The notes beneath the pieces were generated by a model, which ran no database searches, was not told the DNA's origin, and saw only the letters and a list, made by a program, of their open reading frames with translations. A stretch of DNA of 46,319 bases from Octopus bimaculoides (Eukaryota), in the NCBI RefSeq assembly GCF_001194135.2, contig NC_068986.1:35912429-35958747 (forward strand), read 5' to 3'. This document shows, one piece after another, positions 12,269 to 25,152 of this stretch. The position numbers were made by a program, and so were the translations under genes. Positions within the stretch are counted from its first letter, which is position 1. The number at the start of each line of letters is the position of its first letter.

Positions 12269-14559
12269 ATCACTATCAGCCTAATATATAAAAATATACT
12301 ATAAATAAATACATAAACCCGTCTTCTGTCATTGTCAATGTGTTCAACGATAAAAAGCAGGAGTAGTGGCTACTCGTTGACATCTCAAAAAAGGACAGAT
12401 ATGAATTCATGATGAATTTGTAATTTCGGAAATGTCATATTTCTGAGATGCATCGTAGAAATTACGCAATACCCTTGTGGATGACAGAGTTTGAATAAAA
12501 GGAAGAAGAAAAAAAAAACAATTACTCAAAATGAATGGTATTGTCATGGGTTTTAGTTACCACGGCAAGTTGCAGATGGAAGCAAGCCGTCTGCTGACTA
12601 ATCCATTTGCATCATTGAAAATTCGGATATGATTCATCGACATTTCAGTGAGCAACTTCCGAGAATAGATACAAGAAAAAAAAAAAAAAATGAGAAAGCT
12701 ATTACTTTGATTTCGTCCTGTGCATAATTCATGTGTGTATTGCACTAACATCGCGAGCAGAGATTAGCGATGCCCAACTATCTGGAAATTACTGTCATTC
12801 ATAAGACGAAAAGGTTGACCGTTGGAAAGTCAGTTAATTTTTTTTAATTTGCTATATTACTTTGGTTCTTAACATGTTTTGTTTATTGGGCGAGTGTCAT
12901 TACTCTGGCCAATGAAAGAATCGTCGTCTGTTCCAAGTAAACTGAATACTTACGTATTATTGATACATGTAATAAATACCGAAGTCCTCATTTAACTGCG
13001 TTTTTATGCATAAAATTAAAAATAACACTAACTTAGTATCGTTTATTATATGTATTGATTATCTGAAACTTTTAATTTCCCATTTCTAAAAATAGTTCTA
13101 CATCGCTGTGACAATAAAATTACCAATAAGCATAATTGTTTCAGGTATAATTATCTTTTCTTCAGCAGGTTTGTTCATGCTCTTCCTCAATTAAGGGGAG
13201 ACAACAAAAATAAGAAAACGTTTCTCGTGCCCCGTAGTTGTTCAAAAAATGAAAACAAAGTTTAAGAAGTTTGGTTCACAATCATGAAGTCTCAATTTTA
13301 GCCCTGGTGAGTAAGTTTTCGCATGACTTTTTCTGTAAGCCCTGGTTAAGGTCCAACCATAATCTTTAAGTGAAATTGGATAGACAAACACTGTATAGAA
13401 ACCCATCAGATAGATTATATCTCAATTTAAATGCCCAGCATTGTTACGCCATGTCAAAGCTATTTCGCCAGAGAATTTTATTAGGAGTAAACGTGTCTGT
13501 GGAATACTCTCTGACGTAGGCGCTAATCCAATGCGATTTGTAGTTCAGTTGATCATAAAAATGAATATTGCATTGATGGACATTTTCTGTGAGATTCATT
13601 CACTGCTCTACTCACACATGTTTGTTATGTTTGTGCATTCATTTCCGCGAGTGTGTATATATGCTATTGTGTGAATATTCGCAAATTAACTCAATTGAAA
13701 AGTAGCGAACATATGATTTAAGTTACATCGGAATCTGATATACTGGTATTCTTTCAATACCATGCGCAGAAGAGTTACATTTTTGTCACAGAAATTCACT
13801 GTGACATCGGAAACTAATTGCAAGACAAAACAGTTCGCCGTCTACGAAGAGTCTCGCTAAAATACCGTGAGGAACAATCATACACGTTAAAAGTGAGTGA
13901 TACATAGACAAACATATCGTAGAAAACTATCAGCTGACGAAAATACGAAATACTAACAGAGAAAGTGATACCAACAGAGAAAGTGAGGCAGGAAACTGTG
14001 ATATAAGGAGAACCTAAAAGACAGAAATAAAAATGCATGTTGCTCCAGAGACTACCTTTTGACATGAAATCTCTTAGGTATGAAGCATGTAGTTCATAGT
14101 ACGCGCTTGAATGAAATGCGTTTATTCATATTTACAGAAAAAAATAGGCGGTAAGTTTCCGTAAGATCTGTCTTTGTATGGTACGAAGAGATGAAGTTAT
14201 TCTAAGTCAGGTTAGAATAATTTCTAACCTGACTTATGCGAGATTCGGTATAATTTTTCTGACATAACAAGAGACGAGAAAAAAGAGAGGAAAGAAGATA
14301 TATNNNNNNNNNNNNNNNNNNNNNNNNNNNNNNNNNNNNNNNNNNNNNNNNNNNNNNNNNNNNNNNNNNNNNNNNNNNNNNNNNNNNNNNNNNNNNNNNN
14401 NNNNNNNNNNNNNNNNNNNNNNNNNNNNNNNNNNNNNNNNNNNNNNNNNNNNNNNNNNNNNNNNNNNNNNNNNNNNNNNNNNNNNNNNNNNNNNNNNNNN
14501 NNNNNNNNNNNNNNNNNNNNNNNNNNNNNNNNNNNNNNNNNNNNNNNNNNNNNNNNNNN

Positions 14560-14591
<32 letters not shown>

Positions 14592-15822
14592 TTATGCATC
14601 CGTGATTCTGTGCACGTATGTGTGTGCATCTGTGTGTATGTGTCTGTGCATGTGGGTGTGCTCGAAGGCATGCGTGATTTCCTTTTCTGAAACTTGCAGA
14701 ACATTGCGTCATTCAACAAAATACTTCATTTCACGTAGCTTTAGTTTAGTCAGCAAAAAGTTAAGTATCAGCCTACTGCTGGTGCAACTCTCATGCTCTC
14801 TCTTTATCCGTTGGGTCATGGGTGGGTAAGTCAAATGAGTGTCTGTATCATCTACAGAAGCAGGTAACACAATTAGCGAAAGACAGCAGCTGGATGGTTA
14901 AGATTTATATGCAAATGTTAGCCTTTCTCTGTTTGTGTGTATGTAAATGTGCGTATTTGTATGTATGCAGATGTAGATCTTGATCTTCAAGTAGAAATTG
15001 AAGATGATACAAAAGAAGAACAAGTTTACAAAGTGCTCCTCAAAGAAAATATATTGAGAAAACATTTCGTTATGCTAAAATTTCAAGTTAACTGGGCAGA
15101 ATACGAAATGAACAAACGCATTTAACTGTTAGCAATCCGATCAAAGAAAGCTACTTGCAAAAGCTCTATAATTTTTACAACCTGAATTATCTGCGAGATC
15201 CACTCTATCAGTTATAAAAATACCGCAGTGTAATTTGACGTATTATTTTCTTTCTATAGTAACGATAACAATAAGTTTGAAATAAAATTAAGTAACTTGT
15301 TATGGTACATTCTATTCTGGAAATATCAATAACAATGGCAACTATGATGATAAATGTAGATTTGGAATATCACTCCATTCTCGGTGACAAATGATAGTAA
15401 TTCTTCCCATTTCACACACCATCTTCTAACTTTTTGGTATGTAACTTTTCCAAAGATTCTTGGTGCTCTCATGCTGAAGTGCGGAGAGGAATATTATGGT
15501 AACTCAAAGGAAATGAGATATTACTAAATATCTTCCCTTCATTGGTCCCTCAACTCCTGGTGGAATCGATGGTGTTTTAAATGAAGCTTAGCTCATCTCT
15601 CCCCTTGAATGAACAGAATTTATTTCTTTTTAGGAGAAAGAAAGAAAAAGAGAAGAATTGATTTTATTGGTAATTTCTAGTTTCCGAAAGCATGACAAGC
15701 AAAGCTGACGTTACCAGAATTCGAAATCAGAGGCGCTGGAATGAATATCATAAAGCATGTTTTCTGACACTAACCACTCTGCCAACTCTTCACCAATTGC
15801 TAATTTTTCCATATTTTCATGT

Positions 15823-15962
<140 letters not shown>

Positions 15963-16752
15963 TGACTGCTTGAAATGTAACTGATTTATCGTGCTGTAAT
16001 ACGTGCTGGTGCAGCACTGTCTTTCCCACCAGTTGTCACATCCGGGATGTGCGATTGGGGCAGTGATTGAAAGTGTCTTGAGAGTGTCTATGTTTCTCTG
16101 AGACTACAGGGATATTTAAACCAATTAGTGAAAGCTATATTCATTCGTGGGTGGCGGCTGTATCTTGTATGAACTAATGTTACTTAGTTGCAGTTTGTGT
16201 GGCTTTTACTTTCTTTCGTAGTATTTGAATTAAATTATGAAATGTTTGAAACTAAAAATTAATTATGAAATAAAATAAAATTAAACACTCGTCTCACTTG
16301 TATATTTATAAAAAAAAATATGTTACGAATAACAATAAGGTTTAACTATCAAACAAATACAAATTTATTATTGCTTAGTATTACCGATAATGGTAAAGTT
16401 ATATTTTCAGCATAACATGCCATATGCTAGATGACATACAGGTATTCTATAGTTGAACTGGAGCTAAATAAAAAAGAAAGAGTAGTGCTGTCTGATTTGA
16501 TTTGAGAGAGCTGACAAAAAGAGAGTGACAAATCGACTGTCAATTATGTTAATAGATAACCAGGAACACCTTTGAAATCACAAACAACCACAGTAGGATT
16601 CATTGCCAAACCAAATAGAGTTGCAGTGGGAGTTAATAAAAGTTACAGTATTCATAGCTCTACGTATTTGTGTCATTGTAAGAGCGAAACAAATAAAAAC
16701 TGAAAAAATGCAAAACGTAAAAGCATAACTTTATATTTACAATGTTACTCAC

Positions 16753-16797
16753 CAAATATCTAAATGTAAGCAGTCTGCATTTATGTCGTCAAGATCA
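16753..16797 (-). CDS. BAIAP3: 45-nt internal coding exon (phase 2/2) of the same gene: (F)DLDDINADCLHLDI(W)
   Basis: Minus strand: TACTAAC branch point (16825-16819), tract ttttcttatttctcttttcag|T GAT CTT GAC GAC ATA AAT GCA GAC TGC TTA CAT TTA GAT ATT TG|gtgagt. The phase fits the upstream exon (TT|T = Phe). The peptide matches the BAIAP3 continuation FEIEDVSTDQLHLDIW as recalled. Confidence 0.88.
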
Positions 16798-17819
16798 CTG
16801 AAAAGAGAAATAAGAAAAGTTAGTAATTTCACAAAAAATCCTTCAAGCGGTACATATCTTTTCATTGATCGATGAATTCAATTCGTTCATTCATTTACCC
16901 ATACATACATTACATATTCACTCTAACGTTTTCATTGTTAAACGGCTTTCAATCGTAACGACTTAGATGCAGGCAGTAATTTTTCGGAATCAGCGTTTTG
17001 TTATTATATTCATATAATTACTGTGAGTATCGTGATGTTGTTGTTGTTGATGGTGTTGTTGTCTTGCTCCAGGTTAGTTCTGATCAAGTAGACCTATTGG
17101 ATATCGTGTCAAGATTAATGGTGAATTTATTCACAGCTTTAATGCAAGAATGTGATGTGTCTATTTAATTCAGAATGTTTTTTTTTATTGAACGAAGAAA
17201 AAAAGATTATGAACCGAGGCAATGTATTTTAATGAAATGTCTGCAAAAAGTAAACATGATATCGTACAGAGGTAAACGTCGTGATGCAGTACAAATGATT
17301 TTAAATAGAAACATGACTTCCTTAAATATTCCCAGCACTTTTACAAACGTAATTCAGAAAGAAATCTGTTTAACGCGTAAATTTATATTTCGAGTAACTC
17401 AAACTGTCGTTCGGTTTAGAACCGGCTTTTGACTTTCATTTTCAAAGTTTCATGTTAAACAAAATAATAAACTGTTGCTTGCGTTTCACAAGCATAGGAA
17501 AACATAGCATAGGAAAATCCTCTAATGAATATTCTTCAAGATGCTCACTATTTAACGAAAATGATCTTGATAGGAAGCAAAGAATACAATATTCTTGTGT
17601 GGGGCATCGGCCTTGTGTATTAGTATTGAAAAACATTGCGACGAATTGAAAAGCATTCTGCCACAAATTGGAGGCAGAATTCCAGAGTTTCACCCCAAAT
17701 TTTCTTACGATTAAATATTAAGATATTTGATATGAACCCTTTCTTCTATAAACACATTAAGTTTTAGAAATGCTTCGGATTATCGAAGGATTATCGAAGG
17801 AACAGTTTAATACATTGGG

Positions 17820-17870
<51 letters not shown>

Positions 17871-18832
17871 CTGAAATAATGAAAAGTAAATTTGACATCA
17901 TATGGATCCGAACTCAACAGTGCTGATTGTCAGGAAAATACTCTTCCCCATAATTTAAAGATTGTGCCAATTTAAAGATTGTGCCTTCAATTAATTTGAT
18001 TCCAACCGTAAAAAATTTCATTGGAACCACCATTATCACGATTTGACAAACGAAAACGCAAATTTGAATTACATTAGCAAAGGTATAAAGAACAATAAAA
18101 ACACTTATTTTTGTTAGCGTTGTAAGCTAAAAAGAAATATATATAGACGTGATATTTATCAACTCGATAGTATTAACGACAAAGCTGAACAAGATATTTG
18201 AATTCAGATGGTAAAGAGCTGCAACGAAATACCACATGTCATGTTTGAATACTCTAAAGAGTCTTGCATATTATGTATAAGCTTAATATAAAAATATGTC
18301 TATTATCAGAAGTATTTTTGATAATACAATTAACAATATTAATTCCAATTTTCTAAAGTTTAATACAAAACAAGGAAAGCCGTTGATCAACGCTTTCACT
18401 AAGAACTACTTAGTTCCTAATTCGATCGTACTGCGCGGTGCATTGAACGAGTGTCTTGTAGCCACAAGTTTACGACTTCCATGTAACTGAAAATTTATAT
18501 TCAGTGCGTATCAGCAACCTTTAGACAAACTAAGACATATGGAGGTGAGTGGTTGCCATAATGAATGCAACTTGTGAAAAATGGTATATCTTTAGTTTAA
18601 AAATAAATTTAAAAAACGGCGTGTTCCCTTAGAAGCAAAGCTCGAAGAAGTCCATTGACAATCAATGGGAATATGAAAGCGTATGCGCAGGACGATGTTG
18701 GAGGAGAGAAAGTGCCGATGCAGATGATTTGTTGGGTGAGATTTGCAACTGTGGGCCAGATATTTTTTATCATTCACTTTGACTTGAGCTATAGGTAATG
18801 TCTTGATTCCTAAGTGGCTTTCGACGATTTTC

Positions 18833-19000
18833 GGGCGTGGCCGTGTCGTGAGAACTTTGCCTCCCAACTACATGCCTCCGGATTCAGTCTCCCGTTGCAT
18901 GGAATATTGGGCAACAGTATTCTAATATTACTTCTGGCTGACCAAATCCTTACTGGTAGATTTGTTCGACAGAAACTGAAAGAAAGCCATCGTATATATA
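18833..19000 (+). mobile_element. Old, diverged family A SINE (5' half)
   Basis: gggcgtggccgtgtcgtgagaactttgcctcccaactacatg...ttgggcaa...gacagaaactgaaagaaagccatcgtatata aligns by eye to the head of the 20787 copy. Confidence 0.65.
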
Positions 19001-19280
19001 GATGGCGCTCAGAGTGTGTGCGTGTGCATTTTAATGAGTATATATACATATACATGTACGTAATTTTATCCGTGTATCCGTCCATACAAAATATTGTTCT
19101 GTATTATATATATACAAAGACATTAATATGTACATTCTTTATGGATATAGATATACGCACGAGTGTATTTATATATATAGGCATGCACACATCTATATGA
19201 ATATAGATACATGCGTGTATATATATATGTATATAAACTAAGTTTATCTAAACTATCTAAGTTTATCTAAGTATATATAA

Positions 19281-19337
<57 letters not shown>

Positions 19338-20786
19338 TATATANNNNNNNNNNNNNNNNNNNNNNNNNNNNNNNNNNNNNNNNNNNNNNNNNNNNNNNNN
19401 NNNNNNNNNNNNNNNNNNNNNNNNNNNNNNNNNNNNNNNNNNNNNNNNNNNNNNNNNNNNNNNNNNNNNNNNNNNNNNNNNNNNNNNNNNNNNNNATATA
19501 TATATATATATATATATGTATATATGTGTGTGTGTATATATATATATATATGCATGTATTTATGTATTTATACACACACACATGCGTATATCTATATCCA
19601 TATAGATGCGTGTATGCCCATACATACATACATATAAGCTATGGTGTATTTATAGAATTACAACTTTTAACCGATTTTCTTTCCTGTTTAAATGTCTAAT
19701 TCCGCATCGCTCTTCAATTCTTCTCTAGTTGTGTGACTCGGATACTGTATTGTTCTCACATCGCTTCGCTTGTACTGAATTGTGGCTGTCCATTCAAATT
19801 ATTTTCATCGTCCAGTTAATTGTGCATTGTTACTAATTTAAATGAATTGAACATCTCCGTCCGAGTCGCTTGCTTTATTTGTAACATTCGCGTAGCATTT
19901 ATCCTTCTTGTTCTAGTATGACATTTTGAACCTACAGTTCTTCAGTTTTGCAGCAAAACGCCTTTCAATTGCTCAGAACAACTTTGCACCGGGGCCGTGA
20001 TCTTTACGCATTATTAATATAGTATTTATTACGATGGAATTCCACCATAAAATTTACGCGTTGTAAACGCAATTTCAATTTTCTTGGTAATTATTTAAAG
20101 GTTTAGTTCACACCGTGCCGATGTGTTTGTCTCTTACTATATCCTATATATTCATGAAAGAATTATTGGAATATTATATTATGTAACGCTAAAATACTTA
20201 CATGATGGAGAGGGAGAGATAATATTTCACAAAATCAATATTAAGATACAAAGATAAAACCTGATAATTATTCTCATTTTATGTATTATATTACTTCAAG
20301 TTTGAATCTATTTTCTTTCTATAGAGTATAACTAGTGTAGACTTCTAACAAAAGACGTTATCATATACTGAAACTAAAATCGGACACTTAAAACTTTACT
20401 AAAATTTTGATCGATGCGAAATATTTCCATCTTCATCGCAGCATTGTCATATCCTCAAGATCAATTTGAATATTTAGTTCTTTTTTTTTCCCTTGATTTC
20501 ATCCTATATTCTTAAGTATAATTATATGTTGAAACGGAATATAACATATTAACACTTAGTGTATGCTTACCCGTATAGCTTTATCGACCGGCCACTGCCT
20601 CAAATATCGGGCTTATCGATCTACAATTACTTTCCATTCACATTTGGTATATGTACACATATAAATACACACGTCACACATATACACATATATACACGCA
20701 TGCACATGTATATATATATAATCAATAATATGTACGAAGAAAATCATATCTTTATTTTAGATGACACCTTAAAAAATCCAACAATT

Positions 20787-21120
20787 GGTGTAGGAGTGGC
20801 TGTGTGGTAAGTAGCTTGCTTACCAACCACATGGTCCCGGGTTCAGTCCCACTGCGTGGCATCTTGGGCAAGTGTCTTCTACTATAGCCTCGGGCCGACC
20901 AAAGCCTTGTGAGTGGATTTGGTAGACGGAAACTGAAAGAAGCCCGTCGTATATATGTATATATATATATATGTATGTATGTGTTTGTGTGTCTGTGTTT
21001 GTCCCCCCCAACATCGCTTGACAACCGATGCTGGTGTGTTTATGTCCCCGTAACTTAGCGGTTCGGCAAAAGAGACCGATAGAATAAGTACTAGGCTTCT
21101 AAAGAATAAGTCCTGGGGTC
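20787..21120 (+). mobile_element. Young family A SINE running into an assembly gap
   Basis: Intact head with GGGTTCAGTCCC B box, CTTGGGCAAGTGTC core, internal (TA)n/(TG)n and 3' part ...GAATAAGTCCTGGGGTC, then Ns. Confidence 0.9.
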
Positions 21121-21891
21121 NNNNNNNNNNNNNNNNNNNNNNNNNNNNNNNNNNNNNNNNNNNNNNNNNNNNNNNNNNNNNNNNNNNNNNNNNNNNNNNN
21201 NNNNNNNNNNNNNNNNNNNNNNNNNNNNNNNNNNNNNNNNNNNNNNNNNNNNNNNNNNNNNNNNNNNNNNNNNNNNNNNNNNNNNNNNNNNNNNNNNNNN
21301 NNNNNNNNNNNNNNNNNNNNNNNNNNNNNNNNNNNNNNNNNNNNNNNNNNNNNNNNNNNNNNNNNNNNNNNNNNNNNNNNNNNNNNNNNNNNNNNNNNNN
21401 NNNNNNNNNNNNNNNNNNNNNNNNNNNNNNNNNNNNNNNNNNNNNNNNNNNNNNNNNNNNNNNNNNNNNNNNNNNNNNNNNNNNNNNNNNNNNNNNNNNN
21501 NNNNNNNNNNNNNNNNNNNNNNNNNNNNNNNNNNNNNNNNNNNNNNNNNNNNNNNNNNNNNNNNNNNNNNNNNNNNNNNNNNNNNNNNNNNNNNNNNNNN
21601 NNNNNNNNNNNNNNNNNNNNNNNNNNNNNNNNNNNNNNNNNNNNNNNNNNNNNNNNNNNNNNNNATATATATATATATAGTCGTACACACACGCAAATAC
21701 ATAATATAATTAAACTTAATGTTAATGTGTACAAAAATTTATGTGAACACAACATTGTCAAGGTAATCCATATTAATGAAATTTTAACTGAACGTCCGGA
21801 AAAATTTTAGCTGTTAAAACGTTAACAAAAAGAAACGCCAGACCAAATTAATTTTAGACATTCATTCATTCAAACAAGATCCAAGTAACTT

Positions 21892-21966
<75 letters not shown>

Positions 21967-21996
21967 CCCTCTCTCTGTGTCTATATATATATATAG

Positions 21997-22032
<36 letters not shown>
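21892..22032. repeat. (TCTA)n then (TA)n microsatellites
   Basis: Seen directly. Confidence 0.95.
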
Positions 22033-25000
22033 ATACTAGTAGTAATAGTATGGCGAATGAATGAATGAAACCTCGATATTATGTAAATAGAGGAATTTAT
22101 CTGTAGTATAAAATGTGACAATTATTCGGTTGCCATCGTAAGACTCCGAGTCTCGGATGTCGGTGCGGAAATCTGCTCTGGCATCTCATCGGTTATTAAG
22201 ACAAAAATGCTTTTAAAATGACCGTTAAATAAAGGGAAAAAACACGAATCTGCATATGCGGGGATGTACATACATACACAGGCGCGCATGCACACCCACG
22301 TACATATGCCTATATGCATATACTCACTCACGCTCGCGTGAAACACACGTACATATACCCATACGCGCACAATTATATTCATATATACGTCCAAATACGC
22401 ATATGCTATATATGTATATGCTCAAACACATTCGCGTGAAACACATGCATGCACACCCACACACACACCTATATGTATACTTATATATGCCTCCTGCTCC
22501 AGAGGGGAGAGATAAGGATCTAATAAGAATTGGTTACATTCTTATCTCTCTACCTTGAAGAAGGAGGCCTCGATATTTTTCCATTGTTTACTTGCTTCCA
22601 CTACTAGATGTGAATTAATTTCCTGGTCTGAACTCTTTTGTCTTGGAAATCTGAGAAAGGTGTGAAAAGAAATTCACATATATACATAAGACTTGGAAGC
22701 GTGTCAAAATTAAATCAGCGGGTGAATGAGTGCAGGTCGTACATTCAAGGATAAATTTCTGTCAATATGAGTTTCGTTCTGTTGTTATTTATTGCTAGTT
22801 TTCACTAAGTTTGGAAGGGAAAAGTTTCTAATTTTTCCTTTTGTTATGTGTACTATTGTACATGTTCAAACACAAATCCCACCCAACAGAAAAATATAAT
22901 TAAAAATCTTAAATACTAACAAAATCATCAATGTAATATAGAACTTCAGCTGTAAATTAGTACCCAGACGTTTTATTTTTTAATGGTTATGTCATTGGGA
23001 CTGCGGTCGCTCTAGAGCACAACTTTTAAAGTTTTCTTAGATGGTAATATCTATCTCCTTAGTAATTTGTTGAGTACGATGAGAAATGGCTAATCAACCA
23101 GAAGATATATAACCGAATTAAATCAAATGGCTGTCATATATACTTGTTTAAAACAAACACCCATATATTTACATACATATATCCATTGGTGGATGTTCTT
23201 TTTTTTTTTCAGTATATATTTTACTCACGACTCGGCTCTTTAGAACAAGGGATTACCTCGCAATCTGTCTGCCGGATTGAATACAGAAGCCACATCGTTG
23301 TTTTGAAATCTCACATCGCTGGTACTCATATGGGATCTACAGTTTCTGTTACTATACGGCATAATCTTCTGGCAAAAGAAAATATGCATCCGATGTTCCT
23401 TTCTTTAAGTTGTATAGAATCAGTAAATGCAGAATTCTAGCTTTGGAAATATTACAGAAGTTGTGAATTTTGAAGTGGACAGTTTCTTATCAGTTTCTGT
23501 ATTATGTAGTTTATAATATTGTTTCAAATTTTGACAAAAAAAAAATTAAAAAGGGCAGAAAGCAGGAATTCTATTTTTGAAATGCAATATACTTGTCATG
23601 AAACAGAAGATAAACAACATAAATTTGTGGTTTTCAATGGTTCACAGCGTATCGACTTTGTGCTACGAAACCTTTCAAATCCCTCTATTTTTAAAACGAG
23701 TATTTCCAATATTTTAATATAAGCATTTTCCATAGAGAATTTATTTTCATAAAAATCAAAAGTTAAAATGCACTGCGATAGCATTTGCCTAAAAGACAAA
23801 CATCATAGAAGATGATGATGATGATGATGTTGGTCCTGATAACGACAACAACGATAACAATGAAAATGAAAATAATAACGTATATTTTCGTCATATTTCT
23901 ACTTAAAATATATATGAAAACGCGATTGAAAAATGAATTTTTAAAACATTTATATAACAGATAATGTAAAATTAAGAGAAAGCTTTCGACGAAAAAAGGT
24001 CATAGAGAATGTTTTAAAAATGTCTAAAATTAAAACGTAGATGTATATACTTGTTCCATTTCCCCCGTAGGAGCCTACTTTATTTCACTGTTAAAGTTTT
24101 CAAATAATAATGACATTTTACGACACTAATAATAATTTTGCATATCTTCAGCGCTTAAAATATTGTGGACATTAAAAAAGACGAAAGACAAAAAATAAAA
24201 AAAAAATAAAAAAAACTGTTGAGTTTACAACGAGTAAAATGATAACATTAACAGTAATAAGGCCGTATAGTAATCTATAACAGTAAATATCAATGACTGT
24301 ATCTCTGCCTCGAGCCTAAGATCTCACAGGATCGAAACTTATTCAGATTTTTAAAAGCTCTTATGCGATCCATAATACAAGATTACACCGGCAACAGGAT
24401 GCGAATTCGTAGCAGCGCTACACTCCAGCTGCCCCTAGTACTAATTTTCATATGAGTGGGCTTGAAGAAAGAAAGATGAAACAATTTCCTTAAAGACACT
24501 CCAATATTCTCCATGGCTTGTCAGTCGATCTTCTGATTTGAAGATGAAGTATCCGACACATTATCAAATCCACGTGCTTAATGATAATATAGGAAAACTA
24601 ATTAACAAGAATAAAGGATCATGAAAATAAACGAGACTTCTGGAGATGATTTCGAGGAACCGGATTCCCGATACTCAACCGGCATACGCTGATCCATCAA
24701 AACGTAAAATTCAACTTTACGATCTTGTAGCCAATCTACTGTTGCATAGTTGGAGTAAGCCAATTTAGTCGCGCTAATTTCGTACAACCACATTTTAGAT
24801 AAATTATTGCTGAGAAGAGACTGCCACGCTACCCTCAACATACTATTTATGCGTTACTTGAATACTATTTCCCGAGAGGGAATGTCTTGTCATCAGACAT
24901 TTCAAGCGCTTCCTTTTATTATTCTGAATGTTTCTTAGAGTGGCTCAGTTGCTAGTAACTCTACTACCGTTATACTCATTGCGTTAACATCGATCAGACA

Positions 25001-25080
25001 ACAAGCAACGGGCATATGTAGTACTGCCAGTCAAATAAATAGATAAATAAATAAAACATTTTGAAAATAGTTCATAGATA

Positions 25081-25152
25081 GCCGTAGGAGTGGCTATGTG
25101 GTATTTAGCTTGCTTACCAACCACATGGTTCCGGGTTCAGTCCCTTTGCGTG
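25081..25152 (+). mobile_element. Family A SINE head only
   Basis: gccgtaggagtggctatgtggtatttagcttgcttaccaaccacatggttccgggttcagtccc, after which similarity is lost. Confidence 0.8.

Noticed and set aside
11774-12291. Poly-Thr/Ser/Ile ORFs resembling mucin-like proteins
   Set aside because: Trinucleotide microsatellites with no splice context or domain.
15340-15640. GC-richer segment resembling a decayed LINE
   Set aside because: No motif could be read convincingly in any frame.
20787-20860. tRNA-like A/B boxes (also 8568, 25081, 41290)
   Set aside because: These are SINE heads continuing into CORE and tail sequence, with no full cloverleaf. Not tRNA genes.
23229-23340. Minus-strand GTGAGT donor with upstream ATG (MWLLYSIRQTDCEVIPCSKEPS) as an alternative first exon
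   Set aside because: Phase 1, which does not fit the phase 2 acceptor of the 45-nt exon; no other support.
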